Shown here: piece by piece, positions 47,526-61,967 of the stretch
Layout: every line of letters starts with the position of its first letter
Position numbering within the stretch: position 1 is the first letter of the stretch
DNA from: Trichoplax adhaerens
Taxonomy: Eukaryota > Animalia > Placozoa
Assembly: GCF_000150275.1 (NCBI RefSeq)
Contig: NW_002060949.1
Span: forward strand, 3,354,449 to 3,418,448
DNA length: 64,000 nt
Direction: 5' to 3'
Position numbers and translations under genes: made by a program
The notes under the pieces: generated by a model
Seen by the model: the letters and a program-made list of their open reading frames with translations, nothing else
What the model was told of the DNA's origin: nothing
Databases searched by the model: none

Positions 47526-49900
47526 CTAATGGCAACCACAAGCATCTACGACTATGTCAGGATATTCCTTAATGATAATCTTATTCCCTTCGACATAAAG
47601 AAAACTTAGTGGCGATAATTGAGTTGGCGCACATTGAGACGCTTTTACACCTTGGACTTTAAGGTCGTGCAGAATAGCCATCACAATCGCATGATTTGTA
47701 GCATTTAAATGAGGTCCAAGAGGATATGAGCAAGTACCGCTGCAGTAGTATGACTCGAAAACCTTCGGAGCAAAAATAATGTCATTATTAAAAACTTGAT
47801 CAACCTTAATTTCCATAGAACGGCGCCGGCATGACCTTTTCTTCTTCTGTTTGCTTTTTTTCTTACTGGACTTTTGCTCGGTAGATCGCTTAGTGCGCTC
47901 GTGCTTTTCATCTGAATCATCATCATCATCCATATTGTTTTCGTCGTTATCACTCGCTATTGATCTTGCCATTCTCGATAAAACCCCTCGATGATGTTCA
48001 ATATTGGGCACTTCTTGCTCATGGTGCGGTCGATAGTCGTTAACATTTCCTCTATCACTATAAACGACCAGTAAAGGTCTAAAGTTACCTGTTCTGCGTG
48101 TCTTAAATAACTGACGGCTAACATCATTAGATTTTACCAGCAGTAAATCCGGTGTTTTGATAATCACACGAAGACCCAAATTGCTGGATTCATCATTAAT
48201 CCAGGCACGAACAGTAGTCAATACATCGAATGTAGTTTGTGTTTGATTACCATTTGTGTATATCAAATGTTTAGCTACAACTTGTGTTGATCTGTTGTGG
48301 AATATTTGATGAATTTCAACGTAATAAAAGAGGTGGAGCTTTAGCAATTTCTCAGCATTAAGTGGCCTTCTTGTTAAAACAAGTTCCGCAGCGACAACAT
48401 TTTCTAGATTTGAAGTTTTATCATTGGTAATATCGGACATATTGAATGTAAATCGACCAACTCCTCGAGACCAAGAATGACCTAAAGATACGCCAAGCTT
48501 ATGAGTATGCAAATGGTTGAAGAGGCAAAACATCCGCTACATTAATTAATTAGCAATAAACACTGATATTCAGTCAGTCGCTAATGACTATAATTTCGAT
48601 GAGTACAACTTTTTAAAACCTTCTAAAGCCACACGATTGAAAACCTTATTTATCTTGTCGAGTTTAGTTCTACAGTCTGAGCGTAGATACTAGAGATTAT
48701 ACTGTATTACAGTATTGAACACGAATTTGTTGAAATGTTTAGTCAACGAAGTGTCATCAGAAGTCTTTAATTTGTCATACTTTTTACACATTCTAAGAAA
48801 TAGACAGCATGAGGCTCTATATGTTAGTACAGTAGTAATGCTATTTAGCACTGTAAGGTTTTCGTAATGATTGAATAAGTATATGTTAACAATCAAAGAC
48901 CTTGCTGTTCTTGAATACATGCATGATAATTTATTTTAGATAGCTTGAAGAAGCCAGATTTCGCTAAACGTACGCTCATTGTCTTACACTATACCGTGTA
49001 TAGCTAGATACTAGTGCTAGATTTAGCGGTAGTTCAATCTTCGCTGGATTATTTTATACCGTAAAGTAGAAATTTTTAAGCTGCGCTAGTCCTTTTTATT
49101 ATACTGTACTATACCAACGTGAAAGCCACGATCGAGAAATAAAAGCTTATTATAGCTGATAGTATTTAAAGTAGCGTCAATACTGTTCGATTTTTTGTCA
49201 CAAGCACTTAAATAAAAAGGAGCGATCTAGACAGTCAAATTGATGACAATATTGACTGACCATTTACAAACTAAATCATGACAATTTTTATGTACTAATG
49301 GTAGCACGTCAGCGTAGGAACGATTGGGAGCATGTTAGAGAATACTAATACATGACTATCAACTGTTTATGGTTCAAAGTGTAGAATAACCTTCATCTCG
49401 ACTGTCAGTCTGTTGTCAATTCGTGGTAATCTCTAATAACAAAATTAAACTACAGAGCCAATACTAGTTTGACGATCATAAAAATTGATTCTGTTTTGTA
49501 TCATTACGCCATTATGTGCAATTAAGTTAGAAAATTTACCTCCATCTGCTGTTCGAATGCCTTGTATAAGGTCACACTGAAATTTTTTATCTTCATGTTT
49601 GATTAAGAAATTGCTAGCACCACCTTTAATTCTTCCGGTTTTCTTGTCAGCGATTGAATTATATAAATCCCACATATATCTGGGTGCTTGGACGTTACTC
49701 TTTCGCGTAGATGAGACTGATTTCTTCGATCTGAGTAATTGGATGACTCTTTGTCTCGCCATTGCAGACTCTTCATCTTCATCACTTTCGTGATCTACAT
49801 CATCCAATCTTGACAGTGCAATTTCTGCTGATGAAGCAGTAATGTAGTAAATAGACTGGGCGAGTGTCGCCAAGAGAATAATTATAAACCAGGATTTCAT
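47526..49900 (-). CDS. TGF-beta superfamily ligand (BMP subfamily, ADMP-like), 2 coding exons (49540-49900, 47526-48481)
   Basis: Signal peptide MKSWFIIILLATLAQS. Prodomain APRYMWDLYNSIAD, FTFNMS, AAEL, FDVLTTVRAW, RPLLVVYS. Furin sites RMAR and RTKR. Mature CRRR...APKVFESYYCSGTCSYPL...TNHAIV...CAPTQLSPLSFLY...CGCH. Confidence 0.93.
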
Positions 49901-52900
49901 TTCGGATTATTCTATTTTGACCACAAATCAATTTCAAGTTTATCGTTCACAAAATTTTGTTAATCTTCACCACGTCGACAGAAATTTCGATTAATGGTAC
50001 GACGATGTCGATAAGATAGCGTTGGTTAAACTCTTAGGTATTTTTGTCTATTCCACTTTTTACTCGTCAGGTTAAACCTGTGCAAGTGAACTATACAGGG
50101 TAAGGGAGAAAATCGGGTAACAACTAGTCAGAATTGCTCGTACAACACAACACGTATGATCTATTTAAAAGAAGCGAATTAAAATGACGTTGCGCTAATT
50201 CATAAAGATCAACTAACCCAATTTCGTACAAAACATAAAAGCTAAGGCAAGATTGAGTTTTCCGGTTATTTTTCTGGATAGCAAGTCTAAGGCGACATTT
50301 GTGAATTCCTTCAGCGATTTACACCTTGAACCACATCTAGCAGAATCTAGCCATTTGCATGAAAAAAAGGTTATCAAAAAGATTAGGAGAAAAAAATCAA
50401 TTCAACATAAAGATAGCTATTGGTTGACATGGTAGTGAAAAGAAGATCGATCAAATATAGCGTACTAATAGCATTTAAGACATGGAATTAGTCTTTACAC
50501 TATAAATTACCCTATTTTAGTTGATCAATAGGAGTCGTTAACGGCGATAACTTCTGCTTCTATTTTTTGTATGTGTTGTTTTTCAAATTCAAGTTTAACG
50601 TATTAATTATATAAGTTGCTGTAGGCAAATAATGACTATTCAATAAACAGCGTAGTATTGTCGTTGTTGGAATTGATTGAGTTTGTAGGCCAAGATTTTT
50701 TTTCTGTTAATACGAATTGCGTCAAGTAATTTTATCAACAGGTAGTTCAAAAATACCGATCTTTGCAAGGATGCAAAATGGCCAATGATGGGAAGACGTT
50801 GGGACACCGGTGTTGTAATAGCAATAGTAATCGCCAACTTGAGCACAGTAGGATATGTAATTTTTATTGCTGTTGAAAGATGTAATAATGTACGTTAATT
50901 AGTTGACAATTCCAGCATTGACTATAAGCTATAATATTGCTTGTTTCTTTTCTCTATCAATCTAATATTGAATAGATGGAGTAATAATATGGCGATTATT
51001 TTATTATTTTCCAAGTCAATGGCACCCCACGACGCTGAAATGTTGCCACAATCGGTTGGCTGCTATCCAGTGCGTAAGAAAGAATTTGCAATCAAGTTGA
51101 TCACCACACCTGGGATGAATAAGTAATTGCTAGTAATGATGGATTGGTTAATAATATTGAGTAGAAATGAATCCCTTGAAGATATTACATGATCTCCTTG
51201 CAATAAGAGTGAGAGAAAAAAAAAAATTTCTACTTGAAGGCCTGTTGCAATGACAACCGTACTACGTAACACCGATTTGAAAAGACTCTTCTCTACCGTT
51301 GCAATGGCTCGTTGCTGTGTCAATTAGCCTTGAAAAACGCTTTCAATCCTATCATTCAATACTACTATTGGATCACTCTATCTGATCTGGTCTCTACAAC
51401 TTGGATGAAGATTAATTTTCCACTTTCTTCAACTTGAAGGAATGATTTAGCGGCTGAAAATGGAAGAAGAACTTGCAATAGTGTAGTGTTAACTGAGGGC
51501 CGAGTTGGAAAAATGGATCGATGTTTTGAGTAGGTAACGCTTACTATAGTATAGGATGGTCATGATGGGTATTTGAGTTAGCCTACTGGAAACAGACATT
51601 TGGTAATAGAAGTAGGTATGGAAAAGTCAATGCAACCAAGTGTCGATATGAGAGTAAGAATCCATCTAACTGAGCATACGCTCCACCTCACTAGTGTAAT
51701 CTCTATATTGCTACAACATGATTGTGCACTCAATGACGTTTTACTGACAGCATGGTAAACGCGACCACCACTAGGGTCGCGCGTTGATCCAAGATCCAAT
51801 CGACTATACTACTACTACTACCCATTCACTAGTTTATGGACGGAAGAAAGCGTTCAAACTTGTTATCACACTACATGGTACAGTATGAAACGGTCATCAA
51901 AATGGATGACATTACTAATACGCCAGAATACACGATCGTCGGGTCTTGCAACATAGTGACGGGAAGTAAAAAATGGCGGAAATACTTTCGACCCGCCTAG
52001 ACACAAGGCCAACGATTAAATAGCAAAAAGAAATGATAGTCAATCCATATCGAGTTGTGCCATTGCAATTTCTGGTCTGATTGGAATAAAGAAACTTGAT
52101 AGCTTGGGTTATGTACTTGCATATCTATATATATACACGATAGCGCAAAAGCTGATGCAAGTGCAATCGCTGCAGATGAAATGAGTAAGAGGGATCGAGC
52201 AATAATAACTGCAATATCCCCTTGCATCATTGATCAATCAATATCTTCAAACGATGGTAGATTGAGCAGAAACTATGGAAGGATCGATTGAACCGATAAA
52301 GGACTAACTTTCTAATCCTACTTAGATATCCCCTCCCCCCAATGCCTCTGCCGTATACTAGCTATTATTGACGATTAACAGCGATTGGGGTACGTCGCTG
52401 TTTACCCGATTTGCACAGGATACGCGTACATTCCAAGATTTAGTTCATTCTGATTGATTACTTTATGCAGTATTGAAAATATTGTCATTACTCTACTGTA
52501 TCATGATGACTGTTAGCATTCAAAATGACTTCATAGCAACATAATTTACTATCTTGCGAATCACGAAATCATGCAACTCTTAATCACTGGTATATTCTTT
52601 ACGAATCTCAACTTCTATTTTGGATATGTTGTCAATAGAGAAAGCATTGATTGCACGATGATGGCTAAAAATAGTGTAGGTAACTCACGACATGTAATTA
52701 ATATCGTTGCATGCAGTAGAGACCAAGCTATTGAACTCGTTCGATTGACTTTTAAAATAGTATGTAACGATTCCGTTGCAATAGCGAATTAGCGATAATA
52801 GAATAAGTTCGCCAGCTAAATTCTTATACTCTAATCGATATTAGATACCGTTAGCGCTGATATAAAAGGGCTATTACATCATATCTATACTTAAGTAGAA

Positions 52901-55900
52901 AGTAGAAAGCATGCTAGCTATGTATTTATAGCACCTTTAAACTGGATACTCTGGGAGAAGATATCAATCAAAAAATAATACGAAATAAAGGAATGCAGTG
53001 AAACAATGCAGGATAGGATAATTACATAATTAACTTTATTTTGACTATATTTTTACGGAATTTCAATGTCAAAGTATTAAAATGAACTCATCTAATTGAG
53101 ACCCAATTGGGAGCATTAATAATAACAGCAAAGTCAGAAGCATATATGTAATGGCGTATGAAATAATAGACGACGTTACGTAGATGTCGTGTCTTCATCA
53201 ATTTGCTCAACTAGTATTTCATAAATAATTTTAATATTAGAACTGTAACAGAATTATTTCAATTTGGTAGGTGTATTAGTCCAGAAAAAGACAAATAATT
53301 TCTATTCATCAACGCAATAATTAAACTATAACTAAACAAATAACAATCTATTGAAATGTTGATAATATTTTTCTCTAGTAAAGTAATTATCATTAAAGAA
53401 ATGAATAGTTAAGAAAGAATAATTTATTCTTATTTATGCATGACAATAGTGCAATACAATATGGTTTTACTTCGCACTCTGACGTAGATTGTATTAATGG
53501 ATGGCACAATATCAACCATTATCATTCTATATTAAACATATATTTTGCTATTTACAAAGCTTTGTCCATTTCAACAAAATTGGTTCGCCTATGTAAGCTA
53601 ACGCTAGCTTCTATCAGTATTAATTATGTATCTTTGCACTATTGAATTACCTAAGTTTGAACTCATAAGTTGCTATCCAGTGACTTTAGAAAGTACAAGA
53701 TGATTAAGCAAATATGTCACTGTTAAGTTATCCAACCGATAATAATAACAATATTTTGAGTTATATAAATCACAGATATCCATCTACTTGAACAATTCAT
53801 GAAAGAGCAATCTTTACAGTAAAATTTTACGCACTATCAAGAGCAGTAAATATCAACTAGTGAAAGGATCTGCATTCGTGGAAAAGTATTTTTAGAAATA
53901 CAGTATTCGGTAAATTGACAGCCTATGCCAGACTCTTATCATATGCGCCTATTAATATGCGGTAAATACTGTATGTAATCTATCTCCAAGTAATTATCTT
54001 AATCTTTAACTTATTCTAACTGTATACTAGGAAGAACCACACAGAACTGCTATTTAAATATTTTTTATAAATAAATGAGACAGGAAAATGAAATATCTAA
54101 CTTCTTCAAAATTTAAAGAATTGACTTGCACCATTACAAGATGATGGTAACAGATCAAATATAGCTTAGCATGAAGCGATAACAATAATATTTGTACTTA
54201 ACACTACCGGTATATTCTTAATGATTCTCAATTTATGGGTATAAGGCTAGGTTCAAGGTTTGATTAATGCTATAAAAGCTTTGAATTTTAGGTCTCCAAT
54301 AACTATTATCTTAATGCGTACCGGATATCTCAATCAATTCAGTCACGCTGTTATAAGATTAAGACGACTTATCATTTATTTATCAGGATTTTGATATCAT
54401 TAGCCAGTAAAACCTTAGGAATATAAGAAATGTTTATGGTTGGTGAAATGTGTGCATAAAACTATTCTATCCGGCTATATATAGCATAGTTGTACAGTAG
54501 TATAGTCATTAGCTTTTATCTATTTTAACCAAATCTCGTTGAGGAATTTCATCCATGAGTAATTTCATTGTGTTCAATGTTACTCGAAATTGTGATCTTC
54601 ATTAGGATATTTAATTATAAAGTCATGATAGCATACTGATTTGTAGCATTTAGCTTATAATTCCTGAAATATCTTAACTGATACCAGGACCATTTATACA
54701 TATTACAATTGCGCTCGATATTAGTACTCTAAGAGTATCATTCAAGGGCAACTTCCAATCCTATAAATCTACGTGCTTCGATTGATGAGCTGAAATAATT
54801 TAGAGTAAACTTGCTATTAAAAACCATTATGGTCAATTTTTTTAAGAGTATATTATTCTTTCATTTTAAAATTACTGAATTAAATAATAATAACCTGTAG
54901 AATATTTTATCTAAGATTAACAGGATTAAAATAAGTAGCTAGCGTAAACCAGAAGTTCCTTAAATTTGCTATGCTATGTTACTAAACAATAGCAAACTAG
55001 GAAATATAAATACCAATTCAATAAGCAACGTTCTATATAATTTCAAGGTTAGTTTTGCTAGGCTTTGTTTTGATATTAATTAAATAATTTTCATCCAGTT
55101 TTAGCTACTTTGAGATATTGAGTTGGTTTATTCTTTGCTTGAAATTACTTTTCAATTTAAGTTAATCACCTCTAATATATAAGCGTCAATAGGATTCTTT
55201 GCATAAATTTAGTATGTTAGAAAGATAATTATCAATAAACGATAGTATTATGGCACTGGATACGCAGATATGTTCAGAGAAGTAAATAAGAATGATGTAT
55301 GATCAAATTAGAACAGACTGTATCCACTATGGTGAAAATAGTAATTGATTTTATAATATGTATTACTGAATAAGTAATAACATTATGAGATTAGGTTATA
55401 TTGTAATAATGCGGATATGGTCTGCTCAAGATAATTTGTAATTTTTGGACAAACTTACTTTCTATGTCATCATAGCTTTGATAAAGAGCATCACATGTAT
55501 AGTGTTTGTGAATTGATGAAGACTTTCACAAAATTATCATCATTAAAACCATGATTATATATTAGATAAAGATATAACAACTAGATGAATAGACGCCCAA
55601 GTTGGGTGCTTTTCCAATATGTTGTGATAGAGGTTAATTATAAAATCATCTCTAACCTCATTAATAAAGTATGGCATGATTAATATACGTCTTGAAAGGC
55701 ATACAAGACGCGCATAGCTTGACGTAAGTAGTATTACTGACTACCGATAAATGGTAATTATAAACGAATATAAATATATTCATACAAAAACATATTTATA
55801 TATACGCATATATTTAATTATATAACATGAATATTTGAGAACTGATAAATTAAATAAATGTGCCTATATTAGCGAATAATACTTTCATGATAGTGATTAG

Positions 55901-56692
55901 ATTTACATTCAAAGCTACATGAATGTTTTACCCGATATGATGTCATATTTTACAATTGAAATCGAATTCCGATTTATCTTCAAATAATACGCAGTTGATT
56001 AGATATTGAATGAATAAGTATAAAAGAATTGATTCTCTACTATCATAAGCGATCATACTCACAGAGGATTATATAAAAATATATTAAAACCACTGTTTCG
56101 TAAGACTTTGCTGAGGTTAGGTATTGCTATCAATTCCATAAATATATTAGTAGAGTAGATGAAATTAAAATGGTTGAAGATTACTTCAGTTTCTATCGGA
56201 AACTGAAATAATCAGTGTTGATGATATATTCTATTATTGTATTCTACGGTATAGCTTTATCTTAAATATTTTATATGATATAGTGATCGAAATAGATTCC
56301 ATTCCATCTATAACTGATATGATGTATAGTTTCATTTAAAAGTCTTGAAAGGCAAAACCAATAAGTAACCCAAAGGTTATCCATTATTTCAGTCTCCTGA
56401 AGAATATGAAAATGCTTGTTAACTTAATGTCCAAAATGTTATAAAAATGAGAAGAATTATTTATCTTGCCATATTTAGAATGTCTAGCATCTTTAGTCAT
56501 TTCGTATAATACTATAAGTATATAAGTCGTTAGGGAAAGATCATAACATATGATTAAGTGGATCAAGCTATTCTGTACCAATACGTCCACAGGATGTATC
56601 ATCTTATACATAGGAAGGCTTCCGCATAATTGAAAATACCGGTTTATTCTTCCACATCAATTTAGTTTCCCATTTCATTCCGACACTATAAT

Positions 56693-57730
56693 TTATCGAT
56701 AAAAGCTATTATTACTACTGTAAATTGATAACAGAGTATTTAAGTCGATAGCCTTGCGTTTATGCTTTCGGCGAGACGGTGACGGATAGAATTCCTCATT
56801 TCCGATAGGATTTCGTACGGAATGAACTTCGCTAGGCGTATATGAACGATTCTGTTGATTGATAACGTCGTTCACGGTCGATTTAGTTTCTACTCCGGAA
56901 GCAAGACCTGGTTTACCATCAATGTATTCCTTTCCTTTGGATGAACTTCTACTACGACCCGATAATGGTTTATAGGACGTGTCAATCTTAGGCAGTAATT
57001 CATTCCCACTCTTGACACGGCTATTCTGTTTACTAGATGAATTCCTACCTGTAGTGGATCGACGAAAACTTGATTGACGAACTAATTCAGTATTCTTTTT
57101 ACCATTACTGTCTTTAGAATTGATTGATCGCTTATTACCGCCTTGGCAGGCATGATTTTGTTCATCATACCAACGTAACCAATCGTCAACATTGTAAAAC
57201 TTGATATTATCACGAATATCGACTAAAGCTTGCCCTTGATGTCGTAGTATTCGTTCACAATAACGATGGCCATGTTTGGCTGCCATCAAAATGGCAGTGA
57301 AACCATCTTTATTGCGCGTGTTAACATCCATACTAGATTGGATCATTTTCTTGACCATAGAAGCTACAATAACGGCATTACCTGATTGACAAGCTAATAT
57401 TAATGGCGTATTACCATCGCTGTCAGTAACTGATAGATCAATATTAATATCGTCCAGTAAGTATAGAGCAACTTTTTCACGACCAAGAGATGCAACGTGT
57501 GCTAACGCAGTTCGACCACTACTATCTTTAGTGTTACAATCACATTTATGCTTAAGTAATATTTGACATATAGCTACAGCTAGATCTTCATTAATGAGTA
57601 GGGAAGCAGTAATAATTGGCGTTCGTCCATATCGTTCTTCGCGTGCGTTCAAATTAGCTCCAATCCGGGCTAGTAGCCGCAATTGATGGACTCTTCCATC
57701 GACGATAGCCTGATGAATTAATGCTGGCAT
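56693..57730 (-). CDS. Ankyrin-repeat protein (about 5 N-terminal repeats, basic Ser-rich disordered tail; ANKRD63/ANKRD34-like), intronless CDS
   Basis: Ankyrin motifs GRTPIITA, GRTALAHVA, GNTPLILACQSGN and GFTAILMAAKHGH in a 345-aa ORF. Confidence 0.88.
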   Translation of the reverse strand: MPALIHQAIVDGRVHQLRLLARIGANLNAREERYGRTPIITASLLINEDLAVAICQILLKHKCDCNTKDSSGRTALAHVASLGREKVALYLLDDINIDLSVTDSDGNTPLILACQSGNAVIVASMVKKMIQSSMDVNTRNKDGFTAILMAAKHGHRYCERILRHQGQALVDIRDNIKFYNVDDWLRWYDEQNHACQGGNKRSINSKDSNGKKNTELVRQSSFRRSTTGRNSSSKQNSRVKSGNELLPKIDTSYKPLSGRSRSSSKGKEYIDGKPGLASGVETKSTVNDVINQQNRSYTPSEVHSVRNPIGNEEFYPSPSRRKHKRKAIDLNTLLSIYSSNNSFYR

Positions 57731-60700
57731 TATGCTATGAACCGCTACTATCTAATTCACCGCAACTAGTTGGTTAGTGAAATGTTCTAAAATTTCAGTT
57801 ACGATTAATGATGTCGCAATCTTTTCTCAGACATTGGTAAATCAAGAGCTGTAGTATCATAAATAAATAATGAATTCAGTTCTAGAAAGATGCGTAGTTT
57901 AGAAGCAAATTCGATGGTGGAGATTATAATCCAAGTGGGAAATACAATAACTGGTTGAAAGATGACTGTTAAAAGACAAGAAAGCTCCCTCACTTTTTTC
58001 TCCGTTGTTATTGATAAAGTGAATCTATTAATATCTTCTTAAGTTTTTTTTAACCTTCACACTATTGCAGATTTTTTTATGTTAACTTAACTGGGAGGGA
58101 TTGATTCGATACCTCTTGATTATCGCCCCTATGTCTTGTAAGATTTTAAAATCTTGGGCCTCTTTCTAAATCACTACCGGTACGGTAACGGATCTTGAAG
58201 AAACGACTTTAAGGTTAAATTAAATAGTGGGAATCTACTCTTCTTAAACCAACCAATTATGCTCTTCGTGATGTAGCCATGTTGTCGTTGTTATCCTTAG
58301 TAACCATTCCAGTTAATAAAGATTTACTTAAGTTTAGCTCCAATTTAACTTTGTGTTAGCAATAAAGTGAGCCAATACTTTAATCTTGATTTTAAGTCTT
58401 ATAGAACTCTTGTTAGTGCCATCCAACGCCAAGATTCAGTACATTACGCGTAAGGTTGATCGAATATCTTTCTTACAGAAAGAACTAGCGGACAAGTAAA
58501 AATATATTAATACAATATGGCTCCAATGATCCTATTGACTTTAATCCCGACCTTACTTTACAATTGATATTAACTGGTAACACAAGTAATTAGAAGCAAA
58601 AGCCTAGCTTTAATTTCTGTGTAAGAAAGTTTTAAAAAAATTGATAATTTTAAATTAAGATCATGAACTTAACTGAAGTCTAAATTTTATTTAAGCTATC
58701 GTATCTACCCCAGGCGAAGTAAGTACTCTCTGTATCCTTACTAAATGTTATTGCCCTATAGTTCGTCCTCTATTAGGAATAAACACTTAACGTTAGATTA
58801 ATAAGTTCCTATACAGTAGTGAACGATAGTATAGTAGACCATAATCTCTTCCAAAAAACGATGGAAAAATAGGATAACGTGGCCTTTATGAATCCCTAGT
58901 GTCATTGATTGTTAAGGTAAAAAATGACATTAAGGAAATTATTATGTAGATTATTTACTTAAAAGCATGACAATGCTTTGGTACAATGCTTAAGTCATTT
59001 GATTGAGTATAATTGCAAGTTATTAATATCGTTAATGAAGTCGGTAACAGCTAATTGTATAGGCTTAATTGAATTGTCAAGCTAGTCTACAATTATAAGA
59101 CAAAGTTATTGATCTGAGGAACATTGTTTCTCACTTATTGACAAATAAAATCTTACATTGAAGTAGTAAAGGAAAAAAATTACGTACAGGATAAGAAAAA
59201 GTTGCCCTGGTGTCATAGTCTTACCTGCTAATATTGTCTATCTTCATCCTAACACAGTAGACAAGATTTCACTCCCTTAATTGTTCAACATGGCCATGTT
59301 GTCTGTAAATAATAATTAATTTCTGCCTGTGAAATTTTGTTTATAGCAAATTACGAGAGCGCTAATATTATCCACATATTCAACTTGACACCAACATAAT
59401 GATAGAGCACTCCCTGCATTAATTACAATTTTATCAATATTGCCATACTGGCAATTAAATTTACCTATTATCATCATGCAAGAAGGAATACATTACTTCT
59501 GATATATTAAAGTTGTTGAGTTTCTACCTCTCATGAATCTACCGGAAGTGTCGCTTTCGTAAACTGTGTTCAATGCAATTATCAATTGTGATTTAAACGA
59601 CATGATAAGCATAATCACATCAATGCTAAACAGCATGACTACGAGTTTCGTAATTCTTAGATTGGTTAATCGGTTAATCTCAATTAGTTCATTCACCAAT
59701 AAAGAGTAGTACTACATATATAAGTAAGACGCAACTCTACTTCTTGGGGGTTGTTAAGAGGGAGTGAGGAAAAACTCAACCATGATTTACAAATTTTACA
59801 ACTTCTCAGAATTGTGAAGTAAAATCTTCTATAGATTTAAGTAACTTTAGATGGCTATTAATGAGATAATAACATACTCCTATTGTAGTATTTCTATGAA
59901 CTAAATTTTAGACATACTAAGCTCAGTCTACATGTTCTGGTTTTAATTTGTAAACTAAAAACGAGTGCTGATACGTAATATCTATTCTTATGGTCTTTAT
60001 TTCATCAAGTTAACTTGATGTTGGCCATTTATAAAAACGAAAGGTAAAATTTCATACTATCAAGTACAATATATCAGTTATTATAGTCTTGAATCAACAC
60101 ATTAACATAGCATCTGTGCTGGCACAGATCATAAAGAATGAGTAATGCTCAACAATTGGAAATTACGTAGCCGTCGCCGTCTGTCCTCAACCTAACTAAA
60201 TATTATTACAGAAAGCAATGTTGTAGGACACAACAAAAATTTAACTTAATTACCGGGGAAAATGTATTTTCCATCTTATTAGATAAAAATGTACAAGCTT
60301 AATTTACTAAGGGATCAAAGATAATTTCCAACAAGACTATAGAAATTTACTAATATAAGGGCGAATTACCATAATCTAATTTGGAAAATCAGACGTCATC
60401 ACAATGGCTACCAACGACACTATTCAATTTTAATCAAATCAGATATTTGTTATTCTTGCCAATGACATCATCAATCACGTAAAATGTCAATAGGATATGC
60501 TAATAGGTAGGTAGACAACAACATCAAATTTTTTCTAATAAAATTTTCTTTAGATTGTCAATTAGAAAAAATTAGTCTACTATTAGGTCAACAAAATGAA
60601 ATATTTGACTGAATAAGATGTATGCTGTTCTAATAAAATAAATAACAGTTGCATTAGCAATGAGAAAGGATCAGAGGAAGACTATTCTATAATGACGGTC

Positions 60701-61967
60701 GCTCTTGAAGATTGCACTGTTAACCAAGATTAATATAAATATTTTGCAAATTGTTAGAATAGCATTGTATATAAATCAAACATTGCATTGAAGTTATAAA
60801 TTTACTCCCTATATATCATTACTATTGTGCTAGAGTATAAAGTTCCATGTACAGCATTTTATTGAATTTATAATTTTTGCTGAATAAGGTAGAAACATTA
60901 TTGCTAATCTAAATGCTTAAGTTTTCCAAAAAGAGCATGAGGCAAGGTTTATATTATGATAGTTTAGAATTGATATACGCGTATAATGAGTAGTCTTTAA
61001 CGCATGTCTTATTGCGGAAGCCGTAGGCTTGAAATTGATTAATTGTATATGTTTTTGAAGAGTTCAGTGTGAATCGTAGATTATTGAAATAAAGTAGCGA
61101 TCTAAAAGGCTAACGGAAAATGGTAGATAAACTAAAAAGGCCAATTCATATTTTGAAAAGGTTATAACCTTTGATTTACAATAATTACCCTAATCGTACA
61201 TATTCATGATATCAATCGTTTCATACAGCGCAAAATTCCTTTAAAAATACCTACTATCTAAGAGTTACAAACAAGGTCTGATTAGGATCTTAACTATTAA
61301 CCTACTGAATTAGCTTTGAAAAATAATTTTCATTAAGGGATTAAGTAGTTCTGTCATTATTTATAAACAAAAGGTACTTGGAATATATAAACCTTTACCG
61401 ACATACAAGACAGATAATATCAAACGAATTAAAATGTAAATTTATCTAATAGCTAATAGAATTAGGTGGTGCGATCTTGTTGACAGTTGGAAAAAATTAA
61501 TAAATTATGATATTAAAATTAAGTAAATCAGAGGCGGAAGGTATGATTGGTTGATCTATTCCGAATTGATAAACAGCTTTCGGTAACTTTGAACCTGTTT
61601 ATTCTACATAAGATATCGAACATGCATAGATGAATTTTGATAAAACAAAAATAATTTTAAGTGGGGCTGTTGATCGGCGATTTAAATAGAATAAAACGGC
61701 GTAACAACATGATGGCATCATATTTTGTATCATTTCAACCAACTCATACTAGTTTGAGATATCAATATTGATAACATCAGAATCGCCAAAATGATTATAG
61801 CAATAACAAAATAGCCATAGACTAAAATTAGATTGTGACGTTACGGTCAAACTTAACTGAAGGGTGCGAAGTTTAAATTAGTTTGTTATTTGTAAAGCAA
61901 TTTCAGATGAAAATATTAAAAGTAAACATTTTGTCATCATCAACCATCATGGAGAAAAATCATACTG

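Noticed and set aside
50640-53645. Several 60-86 aa ORFs upstream of the BMP-like gene
   Set aside because: No motifs, mostly non-ATG starts, and no consistent exon chain.
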